This document shows positions 43,589 to 51,714 of a stretch of DNA of 52,886 bases, in pieces. The stretch lies in IMG/VR virus record IMGVR_UViG_3300037484_000914; one strand, 5' to 3'. A program made the position numbers and the translations under genes. Within the stretch, counting starts at the first letter, position 1. Every line of letters starts with the position of its first letter. Origin of the DNA: a virus. The notes beneath the pieces are model-generated. The model saw only the letters and a list, made by a program, of their open reading frames with translations. It made no database searches and had not been told where the DNA came from.

Positions 43589-43903
43589 TCATTTCTTGAC
43601 AACTCCCGCCGCGATCCCATAGATTGAGTCTATCGTTACCCAGCCATTTACATGGCCGTGATTATTACTAATCTGGTATTGGTTTCCTCGTATGGCCGTG
43701 ATCAGGTGCGTGAATATATTCTTCCCTACTTTTACAAAGACAGCGTCACCCACCTTTAGTTCCCTATTTACCGGGTCGAGCATGATTCTGTCTCCGTTTT
43801 TGAATCGAGGAGTCATAGAATTACCGCAACCCTTGATGGTGACTGCTTCGCCTTTTTTCAGCTTTGCGATAACTATGTCTTTCCAGTTCATCCGTCTACC
43901 CAA
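43589..43903 (-). CDS. S24-family (LexA/UmuD/signal-peptidase-like) peptidase domain protein
   Basis: GNSMTP ... GDRIM ... K motif arrangement typical of S24 Ser/Lys dyad peptidases. Confidence 0.45.
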   Translation of the reverse strand: MGRRMNWKDIVIAKLKKGEAVTIKGCGNSMTPRFKNGDRIMLDPVNRELKVGDAVFVKVGKNIFTHLITAIRGNQYQISNNHGHVNGWVTIDSIYGIAAGVVKK

Positions 43904-44082
43904 CCTCGGTAGTATTTCCTGGCTTCTTTCTTATCGTCAAAGAATTTCAGCTCGGTGTGGTGGTTGCGTCCGTCCTCGACATGTACAAACCACAGATAGG
44001 GGTTGAGCTCATACATCGTCACCGTAGGCCTATCTGCGTTTGCTCCATCGTATAGAGATACAACATTAGGAAAAATTTCCAT
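43888..44082 (-). CDS. hypothetical protein (64 aa)
   Basis: ORF only. Confidence 0.3.
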   Translation of the reverse strand: MEIFPNVVSLYDGANADRPTVTMYELNPYLWFVHVEDGRNHHTELKFFDDKKEARKYYRGWVDG

Positions 44083-44094
44083 TGTTTCTCCAGT

Positions 44095-44298
44095 TCATTC
44101 CATGACCATGCCCAGGCATGAGAGCAGCTGAACCTTGCTCGTTTCCACCCCCAGCTTCAAGCTGTATTCATCGGGAACTTCTACCACAACTACGGGCAGC
44201 TCCTGATCTGTGTCTACGCATTCGATGTCGATGTTGAACATCTTCTCTGGGTCCAGCCCAGCGAACCTGTTCTGCAGGTCACCTACTTTCATCTTCAT
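44095..44298 (-). CDS. hypothetical protein (67 aa)
   Basis: ORF only. Confidence 0.3.
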   Translation of the reverse strand: MKMKVGDLQNRFAGLDPEKMFNIDIECVDTDQELPVVVVEVPDEYSLKLGVETSKVQLLSCLGMVME

Positions 44299-44315
44299 TC
44301 TGTCCTACTTTCTTG

Positions 44316-44392
44316 TGGTGGAGCTGGCCGGGATCGAACCGGCTACCTCGTCGATGCCACCGACGCGCTCTCCCAAAATGAGCTACAGCCCC
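44316..44392 (-). tRNA. tRNA-Ala(GGC) with G3:U70
   Basis: acceptor GGGGCTG/CAGCTCC (G3.U70), anticodon arm cgtcg-gtggcat-cgacg, T-loop GGTTCGATCCC, CCA encoded. Confidence 0.65.
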
Positions 44393-44399
44393 ATCTTTC

Positions 44400-44819
44400 T
44401 TATACGCCCATGTCCAACTTAATGGTTCCCAATCCGTCAATGATTGCCTGGGCGGTTTCCTGAGACCCCCGCAGAATGTCTATGGCTCGGTCTCTCTGGT
44501 CAGTCACCACGCGTAGCTGAGCCATAATCTCGTCTACAACTTTGGTGGCTTGTTCTGCTTTTTCCTTGTGGCCATCCATGACCTTTGCTGCTGCTGTGAG
44601 CTGGTTAGCTAAATCATACAGCTTGCTGCTGTCTGTGCAAATCTCGACCGCTGCCTGGGGAGGAGTGAGCTCCCTACTTGATCCAAACCATCCCATGTGC
44701 TTTGTCCTTTCCTGTTTTAGAGTCCTGCTTCGACTCGTTGTTCTTTTTCGTCCTCGTCTGCCTTTTGTTCCTGCTCGGTCTTGACCCCGTAAAGCCTGCG
44801 GGGGTTGCCCCACTTCCAT
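44400..44819 (-). CDS. hypothetical protein (139 aa), basic N-terminus
   Basis: ORF only. Confidence 0.35.
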   Translation of the reverse strand: MEVGQPPQALRGQDRAGTKGRRGRKRTTSRSRTLKQERTKHMGWFGSSRELTPPQAAVEICTDSSKLYDLANQLTAAAKVMDGHKEKAEQATKVVDEIMAQLRVVTDQRDRAIDILRGSQETAQAIIDGLGTIKLDMGV

Positions 44820-44928
44820 GTTCCTGAAAAGCTGGAATAGAAGAATACCCAGTCCATCTCCCAGCCTACGCAGGGCATGTCACTTCTCTTTCCTATCTTT
44901 CTTAGACTTGAGCGGTGAACCCTCTTTT

Positions 44929-45177
44929 TCATGCGAGCCCTTGCTCCTTCATCTGCTCTCGTTCCCCTATAGCAGCCCTCTGTTCCTGCTCCGTAGGGGT
45001 GCCCCATAGTTTTCGTGGATTACGCATGTATTTACAGGTTACTCCGTTGCCCATAGTGAAGCACCAATCACATTCGTATCCCTTACACCCGCAGTAGTCG
45101 GGGGGTAATTTGGCGAATGCCTTGTCTTTACTCTTAGCTCGGAGCCTAAGTCTTCTGCGCTCATCCCGGGTTTTCAT
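44929..45177 (-). CDS. hypothetical Cys-containing protein (82 aa)
   Basis: ORF only. Confidence 0.3.
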   Translation of the reverse strand: MKTRDERRRLRLRAKSKDKAFAKLPPDYCGCKGYECDWCFTMGNGVTCKYMRNPRKLWGTPTEQEQRAAIGEREQMKEQGLA

Positions 45178-45178
45178 G

Positions 45179-45496
45179 CTAAAACCAGCCCAGTTCTAGT
45201 AAGGCCATTATGTGCGGATCGGCTTTTTCTTCTTCGTATTCTTTCAACTGCTCTTCCAAGGCCGTTGCCCACTGCTTTTCTTGTCTAGTTCCACCTTGGT
45301 GGCCACGCGGATTTCCACAACAATAGGGGCTACTGCATATCGGCATATTTCCTGCCGTCCTAACGAGCCACCCGTGAAAGCCCCCGTCATGGCTGAATGG
45401 GATTCCATCGTTATGTATCCCCCACCGCTCACCTATGCGAGTCCACTTGTTAAGTAACTTCTGTCTTTGATGTCGCCTAAAAGCTCTGTTTCTCAT
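45179..45496 (-). CDS. hypothetical protein (105 aa)
   Basis: ORF only. Confidence 0.3.
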   Translation of the reverse strand: MRNRAFRRHQRQKLLNKWTRIGERWGIHNDGIPFSHDGGFHGWLVRTAGNMPICSSPYCCGNPRGHQGGTRQEKQWATALEEQLKEYEEEKADPHIMALLELGWF

Positions 45497-45674
45497 AGCT
45501 CCAACTTCTTGTTTTTGTCCTCCAGCACGGTGACCAGAAACGCTCCGGACCCAAAGAAAGAGAAATTAATTGAAAAGTTTGCGCCCCAGCCGAGCATCCA
45601 ACAAACAAGAGCACCGGCTAGACCCCACCGTATCGCCGCTTTCACATATCGCCATTCATCCATGTGTTTCCTCT

Positions 45675-45750
45675 TGGAGCGGTACACGGGGATCGAACCC
45701 GTTACCTCGACGATGGGAACGTCGCGCTCTACCAAGTGAGCTAGTACCGC
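45675..45750 (-). tRNA. tRNA-Gly(CCC)
   Basis: acceptor GCGGTAC/GTACCGC, anticodon arm cgacg-ttcccat-cgtcg, T-loop GGTTCGATCCC, CCA encoded. Confidence 0.7.
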
Positions 45751-45757
45751 AATGTTT

Positions 45758-45831
45758 TGGAGCGGGCGAGGGGAATCGAACCCCTATCGCCTGGTTGGAA
45801 GCCAGGCACCTTACCGTTAGGTTACGCCCGC
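45758..45831 (-). tRNA. tRNA-Gly(TCC)
   Basis: acceptor GCGGGCG/CGCCCGC, anticodon arm cctgg-cttccaa-ccagg, T-loop GGTTCGATTCC, CCA encoded. Confidence 0.7.
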
Positions 45832-45832
45832 A

Positions 45833-46123
45833 CTATTTCTTCTCCCCCTTGGCTACGGTTTGTCCGTATATGAGGAAGGGAGTGCCGTCTTGTGCAGTGA
45901 TACGAATGAAGGTCCTGTCTTCATACTTCACATGCCTTGGGTTTTCCCATGTTATTCCGCCTGGATCTCCATACCAAGATATGGATTTTGGGTATGCCCA
46001 ATCATAGTTCGATGACACGGCCCCCTGCGCCTGCCCGTCGCTGTTACTTGCACAGCCAACCAGGTAGAGCGCGAACATTAATATGTTGAAGGCCGTAAGA
46101 ATCCACAGTCCTTTGCCTTTCAT
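45833..46123 (-). CDS. small lipoprotein (paralog of 46428..46709)
   Basis: signal peptide + lipobox LVGCAS; shares the W-Y-G-x-P-x-G-x-x-W-E-N-P core with 46428..46709. Confidence 0.45.
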   Translation of the reverse strand: MKGKGLWILTAFNILMFALYLVGCASNSDGQAQGAVSSNYDWAYPKSISWYGDPGGITWENPRHVKYEDRTFIRITAQDGTPFLIYGQTVAKGEKK

Positions 46124-46124
46124 G

Positions 46125-46415
46125 CTACTTTTCCTTTATCGTAACCTCTCCCTCAAGCATCCCATACTTAGAGTGCTCTCGGAACTTATGGTTTATGGGT
46201 GACTCCCCGGGCTCCCGCATTCTTGTTTGCACCCACATCTGATCCTCTTTCCATGTAACCATCTCCAGGCGCTCACCTTGTTTGAGTTCAACCGAGGTGG
46301 AACCACCATACTTTTTCGTGATGGTCTGGTCACAGCCTCGAAAGAATATGGCAGCGACAACTACTATAATAAGCACTGCTATGGCTACCACTCCATACTT
46401 CTTTACTGAGTCCAT
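46125..46415 (-). CDS. small membrane-anchored protein
   Basis: N-terminal TM helix. Confidence 0.35.
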   Translation of the reverse strand: MDSVKKYGVVAIAVLIIVVVAAIFFRGCDQTITKKYGGSTSVELKQGERLEMVTWKEDQMWVQTRMREPGESPINHKFREHSKYGMLEGEVTIKEK

Positions 46416-46427
46416 TTTCTTCCCTCT

Positions 46428-46709
46428 CTAGTCTATCTCCACCAGCATCTGGTGAATCACAAGAAAACGTTTCCCGGTTTGAGACGTGATGTAAGCTTTC
46501 CCGTCGCTCCTGAAGTCGATTCCCTTGGGGTTTTCCCACGTGGTTGGTCCATCTGTAGAGCCATACCAGATTATCTTCTTAGGGTCCTTTAGGTCCCAGT
46601 TTTGGAATTTCGTTCCTTGTTGCTGGCACCCTGAGATAAAAAAGGCCAACATTATTACTGCCATTACTGCGATATACACTACGGCAGCCTTGTCTATGAT
46701 GGTCCACAT
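46428..46709 (-). CDS. small lipoprotein (paralog of 45833..46123)
   Basis: lipobox ISGCQQ; conserved WYGSTDGPTTWENP. Confidence 0.45.
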   Translation of the reverse strand: MWTIIDKAAVVYIAVMAVIMLAFFISGCQQQGTKFQNWDLKDPKKIIWYGSTDGPTTWENPKGIDFRSDGKAYITSQTGKRFLVIHQMLVEID

Positions 46710-46731
46710 TAATCAGTACGCCTTTCTTGTT

Positions 46732-46809
46732 TGGAGCGGACGGTCGGATTTGAACCGACGATCTTCACGTTGGCAACGTGACGCCTTAACCGACTGGGCT
46801 ACGCCCGCA
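46732..46809 (-). tRNA. tRNA-Gly(GCC)
   Basis: acceptor GCGGGCG/CGTCCGC (one G.U), anticodon arm tcacg-ttgccaa-cgtga, T-loop GGTTCAAATCC, CCA encoded. Confidence 0.65.
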
Positions 46810-47136
46810 TCATAATACAGCTATTATACTGACAATAAAGAATGCAACCAGAGCAAGCAATAGGAGTGCCATAGCTGGAACATATACCAGGATTCCCATA
46901 GCCATCGGGTGTGACATCCTACCTGCTTTAATCCATGCAGCTCCTGCTACTATACCGAATGCCACAATCATCCACAGAAGAGCATATGCTAATGGTTTTA
47001 CTAGAAGTAAAATACCAATAGCTACTATGACCTGTGCCGCGGGAGGAACAAACAGTAACAGATCCCACCACTCACTTCGGTCACTCATGTTGTTTTCCTT
47101 TTTGGCGGACGTGACGGGACTCGAACCCGCGAACAC
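46810..47136 (-). CDS. polytopic small membrane protein
   Basis: three hydrophobic helices. Confidence 0.35.
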   Translation of the reverse strand: MFAGSSPVTSAKKENNMSDRSEWWDLLLFVPPAAQVIVAIGILLLVKPLAYALLWMIVAFGIVAGAAWIKAGRMSHPMAMGILVYVPAMALLLLALVAFFIVSIIAVL

Positions 47137-47179
47137 CTGATCGACAATCAGGACACTTAGCCGCTAGTGAACACGTCCG
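47103..47179 (-). tRNA. tRNA-Asp(GTC)
   Basis: acceptor GGACGTG/CACGTCC, anticodon arm cctga-ttgtcga-tcagg, T-loop GGTTCGAGTCC, CCA encoded. Confidence 0.7.
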
Positions 47180-47227
47180 TAACTACTACATTTCATCTGC
47201 TGTAAGTAATACAACAGGTTAGTTAAT

Positions 47228-47494
47228 TTAATGCTTGTAGTGGCTCGCTTTAGTGACGAAGCCACGGAACACATACCATATCACTCGGATATCGTAGGTG
47301 GCCTCTGACAGTCTGAGAATAATCTCATGGCACAGCTCCCGGGGAAACATCCATTCGTCCTCAGAGGTCATCACCCTCAGATTGAGAATTTTTGCGTCAG
47401 TGTTCTTTATCGTTAGACTGAGGAGTTTATAAAGGTCCCCAATCGACCCAACATTACGATCTGTGAGCCTCTCTTCTGTCATTGTCTCCGTCAT
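47228..47494 (-). CDS. hypothetical protein (88 aa)
   Basis: ORF only. Confidence 0.3.
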   Translation of the reverse strand: MTETMTEERLTDRNVGSIGDLYKLLSLTIKNTDAKILNLRVMTSEDEWMFPRELCHEIILRLSEATYDIRVIWYVFRGFVTKASHYKH

Positions 47495-47540
47495 TGTTTT
47501 TTCCTTTTTGTGGGCCTGCGGTGGGTGCAGGCCCCGAGGT

Positions 47541-48086
47541 TTACCTCATTTGCGCTTGTATAGCCTGCGTTTGCTGTTGCACTTGCTGGCTAAGCTGCTG
47601 CTGCTGGGCCGCTCTTTGCTGAGCTTCCTGCTGCATCTGCTGCTGGATTTGCTGCTGCTTCTGAGCCTGCTCCTGAGCTGTCTGCTGCATCAGTTGCTGG
47701 TACTGCTGTTGTCTCTGCTGATTCTGCATGGCCAACTCTTGTTGTTGCCGTTGAAACTGGGCCTGTACCTGCTGAATCTGCTGCTGGCCTTGCATAACTC
47801 GTTGCTGCCTTGCCATAGCTTCCTGTTGCTGCATGTCTATGCCCGGCGTTATACTCACCACTGGGGCGGGCACCACGGGCATTGGCATCGGCACCGGCTG
47901 GGCTGCTGGCATCATAACCGGCGCGGGGGGCATAATCGCCTGGGCCCGGGCCTGCAAGGGACAGCCAGCAAAGGCTATACTAGCCATAAGAACTAAAAGG
48001 ATAATAGTGTTAGCAATCTTCATTCGTTTCTCTCCTGAGTTTTTTGTTTTAGCGACTACTAACATACCTATTCCCTTCCCAATCAA
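47541..48086 (-). CDS. secreted Gln-rich low-complexity protein
   Basis: signal peptide then a PAPV/MPxP-rich segment and about 100 aa of Q/A/M repeats (QQQIQQVQAQFQRQQQELAMQNQQRQQQYQQ...). Confidence 0.45.
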   Translation of the reverse strand: MIGKGIGMLVVAKTKNSGEKRMKIANTIILLVLMASIAFAGCPLQARAQAIMPPAPVMMPAAQPVPMPMPVVPAPVVSITPGIDMQQQEAMARQQRVMQGQQQIQQVQAQFQRQQQELAMQNQQRQQQYQQLMQQTAQEQAQKQQQIQQQMQQEAQQRAAQQQQLSQQVQQQTQAIQAQMR

Positions 48087-48093
48087 ATCAAAC

Positions 48094-48864
48094 TTAAAAT
48101 GTAAACCCTATCTCTGCCGTGCCCCCAAAGTTGCTAGAGGTTCCCCACGAGTAACGCGACTTGTGTCCTGCGACACCTAGCATTATGTGAGGCTCCCACT
48201 TGAGGAGCTTTCCTGGCATCCAAGTCAATCCTGCTGAACCCTCCCACCCATTTTGGTTTACAAAACGATAGGTTCCTGCAGTCTTGAACGTAAGGGCAGT
48301 AGTAACCGGGATTTCAAAAGCTAACCCGGCTCCCCCATAGATTCTCTGGATTGAATCTCTATTCTGTGCAAACACCGAACTCTTTTCTGTAATTGGCTTA
48401 CCTTCCGTGTCGAGTAAGTCCTTACCTTCCTTATCCTTTACCGGTGTTTCAACATCGACCATGCCCCGTCTGTATAAATCCATGGCCGACCATTCCAGAG
48501 TCGCCTTGGGTCTGATCATAAAGCGCGGTATCTTTAGCTCGACATCGCCGCGGTGTGACTGAACTAGCAGCATTGCATTGTCAGCCTCGTAGACCCCCTC
48601 AGGACTATGGGTGTAAGTTATGTCCGCTATGGGAGACACCAGAGAGGCGTAAGTATTCGTAAGAAACTTACGTTTCTGGGAAAAGTCAATTCCCATAACT
48701 TCCAATTGGTTGTTAGGCATGTAGTAGACATGCTGTCCTATCCTCATACTGTACATGAAGTCAGTAACGGACGGGATTGCCAGTGATGTCTCTTCCTGTG
48801 AATACGCTAGCGTAAAGGTACATAGGAAAAGCACCGCCGTCAATAGTAAGACTATGCGTTTCAT
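48094..48864 (-). CDS. outer-membrane beta-barrel protein (MipA/OmpV-like?)
   Basis: signal peptide MKRIVLLLTAVLFLCTFTLAYSQ; alternating hydrophobic strands; C-terminal ...AEIGFTF ending in Phe (OMP signature). Confidence 0.45.
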   Translation of the reverse strand: MKRIVLLLTAVLFLCTFTLAYSQEETSLAIPSVTDFMYSMRIGQHVYYMPNNQLEVMGIDFSQKRKFLTNTYASLVSPIADITYTHSPEGVYEADNAMLLVQSHRGDVELKIPRFMIRPKATLEWSAMDLYRRGMVDVETPVKDKEGKDLLDTEGKPITEKSSVFAQNRDSIQRIYGGAGLAFEIPVTTALTFKTAGTYRFVNQNGWEGSAGLTWMPGKLLKWEPHIMLGVAGHKSRYSWGTSSNFGGTAEIGFTF

Positions 48865-48882
48865 TTTTTGTTCCCTCTTTTT

Positions 48883-49194
48883 TCAGCTTTGATTGGTAGA
48901 AAACTTTTTCCAGTTGGGCAAAATAGCGTCGATATCCAAGGCCATCTTGGAGATACGCTGCATCATGAGTTCGTCGTCCTGGCATTCATCAATCAGACTG
49001 AAAACCCTTTCCCTGTTTGACTTAATTTGCAGAGCGGGTTCATACACATCAGGGTCTCGGCCCTGCGTTCGTAGATAATTGAAGAAAGCTTCTTCTCTAT
49101 CTGTGAATATTTTCTTGACTTGTTCTGCTGTCAATTGTTTTCCTTTTGGCTGCCTCCCGTGGACTCGAACCACGTACCCAAGGTGCGCGCACAC
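48883..49194 (-). CDS. hypothetical protein (N-terminal extension overlaps a tRNA-like element; true start probably internal)
   Basis: ORF only. Confidence 0.3.
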   Translation of the reverse strand: MCAHLGYVVRVHGRQPKGKQLTAEQVKKIFTDREEAFFNYLRTQGRDPDVYEPALQIKSNRERVFSLIDECQDDELMMQRISKMALDIDAILPNWKKFSTNQS

Positions 49195-49230
49195 CCATGG
49201 GTTATTCCTGCCTAAAGAAGTCTTGGCTGG
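49143..49230 (-). ncRNA. tRNA-like element (T-arm CGTGG-TTCGAGT-CCACG + CCA; possible long class-II body), unresolved
   Basis: 3' acceptor GGAGGCA can pair with TGCCTCT about 85 nt upstream, but no clean D/anticodon arms by hand. Confidence 0.3.
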
Positions 49231-49674
49231 CTAAGAGGCAAGAGTGATCTCTTCTATCCCTGTTGAGGACAGGGCTTCTATTATTTTCTCGAAGGCGGAC
49301 ATGTCAGACATCTCCTCTTCCAGGAGTACGTAGCCCAATCCCGGCCATACAAAGCCAGGATGTCCTATAGCCTTGAGGGCGTCATAAAGCTTTTGACGCA
49401 TTTCCATCGCCTGGTCTTTTTCTGCAGGCTCTGTGAATCTGTAGTAGGTTTGGGTCTTCCACCGGCGGTGGACGATTACTTTGTCGGCGTCGTCTTCGTC
49501 CGGAAGCTCCCTGAGTCTAACTATGTCCTGCCACCTGTAGCTGTGGTGCAGGGGCATATTGTTTACTCCATAATAGCCGTTGGGCAACACTTTGCCCCAT
49601 AAACCTTCTCCTGGCATGTGCAATTTACAGTCAGGAAGAGTCTCCCATTCCTCATAGATCTTGGCATAATCCAT
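49231..49674 (-). CDS. hypothetical protein (147 aa)
   Basis: ORF only. Confidence 0.4.
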   Translation of the reverse strand: MDYAKIYEEWETLPDCKLHMPGEGLWGKVLPNGYYGVNNMPLHHSYRWQDIVRLRELPDEDDADKVIVHRRWKTQTYYRFTEPAEKDQAMEMRQKLYDALKAIGHPGFVWPGLGYVLLEEEMSDMSAFEKIIEALSSTGIEEITLAS

Positions 49675-49692
49675 TCTGATTTCCTTTGTCTT

Positions 49693-49769
49693 GTCCCCGA
49701 GGGAGGAGTTGAACCTAAGCCGTTAACCGCTTATAAGGCGGCCGTTCTAACCAATTGAACTACTCGGGG
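49693..49769 (-). tRNA. tRNA-Ile(TAT)-like (anticodon UAU), no encoded CCA
   Basis: acceptor CCCCGAG/CTCGGGG, D-arm agttc-AATTGGTTAG-aac, anticodon arm gccgc-cttataa-gcggt, weak T-stem around TTCAACT. Confidence 0.45.
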
Positions 49770-49770
49770 T

Positions 49771-49847
49771 TTGGTGGTTCCTGCAGGCCACGATCCTGCA
49801 CCTTTTCGGTTATGAGCCGAGAGCTCTGCCCACTTAAGCTAAGGAAC
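49771..49847 (-). tRNA. tRNA-Met/Ile2(CAT) with unusual T-loop ATCGTGG
   Basis: acceptor GGTTCCT/AGGAACC, anticodon loop ctCATaa, T-arm gcagg-atcgtgg-cctgc, CCA encoded. Confidence 0.5.
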
Positions 49848-49849
49848 CA

Positions 49850-50089
49850 TTACTCGTCTTTCAATACACGGTCGTAGGCCTCGATGTCCTTCTCTTTGAT
49901 CTTCAGGACGAGTTGTTTGAAGACGTCCGGATAGAACTTCCACATGGACCACAGGCATCCCGTGTAGCCTATCAAGAGCAATAATATGATAATAAATATC
50001 ACACCAAAAAATGTAAACATTTCCTCTCCTTTGTATGTTGGAGCGCCGTGAGGGATTCGAACCCCCGGCTTTGACGTTCGAAGCGTCAA
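49850..50089 (-). CDS. small membrane protein
   Basis: TM helix FTFFGVIFIIILLLLIGYTGCLW. Confidence 0.35.
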   Translation of the reverse strand: MTLRTSKPGVRIPHGAPTYKGEEMFTFFGVIFIIILLLLIGYTGCLWSMWKFYPDVFKQLVLKIKEKDIEAYDRVLKDE

Positions 50090-50115
50090 TTTCTATTCCG
50101 CTGAATTAACGGCGC
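50042..50115 (-). tRNA. tRNA-Arg(TCG), CCA not encoded
   Basis: acceptor GCGCCGT/ACGGCGC, anticodon arm tgacg-cttcgaa-cgtca, T-loop GGTTCGAATCC. Confidence 0.6.
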
Positions 50116-50121
50116 TCAGGT

Positions 50122-50195
50122 TGGGAACGGGAGGACTCGAACCTCCGGGGTGATCAGGCCCCAACGTCCATGTTCATTTCCCGTAGTATACTAAT
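50122..50195 (-). ncRNA. tRNA-like element (T-arm GGAGG-TTCGAGT-CCTCC), acceptor/anticodon not canonical
   Basis: candidate anticodon hairpin gggg-cctgatca-cccc has an 8-nt loop containing TGA; acceptor pairs imperfectly. Confidence 0.3.
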
Positions 50196-50372
50196 CCGAT
50201 ATCCCGTGCTCTTTGCACAGATCTTGAAGCCACTGGGGATAGATGTGCGAGTGTTTCTTGAAATGGTCGCTGGTGTAAAACTCGTAGTCGGTGTCCTTTA
50301 AGAACTCCTGGAATTCTTCCTCAGACATACCACCCACAAACTCCTCCATTTCTTTCTCCCAGTCTTCCTTCA
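50191..50372 (-). CDS. small acidic protein (C-terminal part of ORF 50191..50613)
   Basis: the upstream part of the ORF overlaps the 50370..50876 gene in another frame; MKEDWEKEMEEF... is the likely real product. Confidence 0.3.
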
Positions 50373-50876
50373 TTGTTTCTGGTCCTTGATTTGAGCCTGT
50401 ATTTTCCGCACCATTTCTGAGGTGGAAGTAAGCTCTTCTATGTCGGGCACTACGACTACCCGTGCATGGGATTGTCCCGTGATGACTTCCTTTTCGCGTC
50501 CTAACCATTCTTGGTTCCTGAATACGAGCCCGTATTCCTTTTTGCGGATGAACGTGTTGCACATATCTCCGAACTGATCCAGTGAGTCTAGTATGAAGCA
50601 CGCATCCACACATTTGAGAGCGTTAACCATAGCCAAGCGGTGCCGTTCGTTTACTATGGGCCGGTCGTCACCCTTTTCGTCCCGTATCTTACGGTCGCTG
50701 TCTACCCCCACTATCAGCACATCACACAGTTGCTTGCACCTAAGTAGGTACACGAGATGGTAATAGTGTAAGGAATCAAAACAACCCGAGGTAACTCCTA
50801 CCCTTAAAATGTTAGGTTTTTCACAGTACAGCTTGACTGCATCTACCGACATAGGATCAGTTAGATCAATAATCAT
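50370..50876 (-). CDS. cytidylyltransferase-like (HIGH-motif) nucleotidyltransferase
   Basis: GVTSGCFDSLHYYH matches the GxFDxxHxGH signature of CTP:glycerol-3-P cytidylyltransferase / RfaE / NMNAT-type enzymes. Confidence 0.55.
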   Translation of the reverse strand: MIIDLTDPMSVDAVKLYCEKPNILRVGVTSGCFDSLHYYHLVYLLRCKQLCDVLIVGVDSDRKIRDEKGDDRPIVNERHRLAMVNALKCVDACFILDSLDQFGDMCNTFIRKKEYGLVFRNQEWLGREKEVITGQSHARVVVVPDIEELTSTSEMVRKIQAQIKDQKQ

Positions 50877-51079
50877 TTTTTATCTTCCTGTCTAATGACC
50901 ATTGCGGACACGTTGCTGTTAGCGGTAGGGAAGGCACACACATACTTCTCGACCCTGTCCTCCCAGGCAGTGCCTCGGGGCACCACGTAGATGAACGACT
51001 GATCCTTGGATACCATTATGACACACTCTGGGTAGACACCGACCCGTTTTTCCCCTACGTAGACGTGAACTACTTTCAT
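50873..51079 (-). CDS. small protein, member of a tandem 4-paralog family
   Basis: MKVVHVYVGEKRVGVYPEC...; similar to 51076..51267, 51254..51559, 51502..51714. Confidence 0.4.
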   Translation of the reverse strand: MKVVHVYVGEKRVGVYPECVIMVSKDQSFIYVVPRGTAWEDRVEKYVCAFPTANSNVSAMVIRQEDKK

Positions 51080-51267
51080 TTCTTACCCTTTTGGTCCATC
51101 TCGATGACAGATATGTCTCGGGAGAGCTTAGGAAACTTAAAAACACTGTCGAAAAAACTTTTGTCTCCTGAGGCTTTCACACGTACCCAGACATCATCTA
51201 TGGACAGGGTACAATCAGGGTACTCTTCTACCTGCTTACCACAGATGAACACCTTAACTACCTTCAT
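51076..51267 (-). CDS. small protein, paralog family member
   Basis: MKVVKVFICGKQVEEYPDC... Confidence 0.4.
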   Translation of the reverse strand: MKVVKVFICGKQVEEYPDCTLSIDDVWVRVKASGDKSFFDSVFKFPKLSRDISVIEMDQKGKK

Positions 51268-51559
51268 CTTGGTGCTCCTCTATGATAATGGCGGGGCCGG
51301 TGATGCAAGCTATCCAGTTGCCAATATTTACTCCCTTGTCCCGTTCGTTGATCGACCATCCGTCTTTGTCTTTCTTTTGCTTATCATTAGCCAGCGCAAC
51401 GTCCCATATGTACATACACTTGCCTGGGGCTCCCTGCGCGAAAGCGTCTGGGTACTCCCTCATGAGGGTTGTCCCGTCAGACCCATAAACTCTGGTTATT
51501 ATCATGATCCTGCTTCTTTCTGTGGCTCTTCCCAGGAAATTATGGGCCCGCTGAAGCAC
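51254..51559 (-). CDS. small protein, paralog family member
   Basis: ...MIITRVYGSDGTTLMREYPDAFA ... GNWIACITGPAIIIEE. Confidence 0.4.
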   Translation of the reverse strand: MLQRAHNFLGRATERSRIMIITRVYGSDGTTLMREYPDAFAQGAPGKCMYIWDVALANDKQKKDKDGWSINERDKGVNIGNWIACITGPAIIIEEHQDEGS

Positions 51560-51714
51560 GCTATCCAGTTACCACCATTGTAACTGAACAGCCTCTCCTT
51601 CTCTTCCACGCTGGAATCAAATACGAACAGGTAGCCTTCTTGCAGTAGCGCGTAGGCATCTGGATAAGTAGCTACAGGTTTGCCGTCACTTGTTAGTACT
51701 TTGACCACGTTCAT
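51502..51714 (-). CDS. small protein, paralog family member
   Basis: MNVVKVLTSDGKPVATYPDAYA ... GNWIACFSGPIISWEE. Confidence 0.4.
   Translation of the reverse strand: MNVVKVLTSDGKPVATYPDAYALLQEGYLFVFDSSVEEKERLFSYNGGNWIACFSGPIISWEEPQKEAGS

Noticed and set aside
45467-46007. ORFs 45467..45739(+), 45493..45735(-), 45570..46007(+) and similar ORFs 32601..32804, 33166..33481, 35576..35973, 51711..52121, 52272..52649
   Set aside because: They overlap well-formed tRNA genes or tRNA-like elements; their translations are the typical tRNA-derived peptides (GIEPVTS..., GFEPATS...). Not called as CDS.
50191-50613. Full-length ORF 50191..50613 as a 140-aa protein
   Set aside because: Its first two thirds overlap the cytidylyltransferase gene (50370-50876) in a different frame and are Arg/His-rich junk-like sequence. 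Only the C-terminal acidic 60 aa downstream of the cytidylyltransferase stop look genuine.
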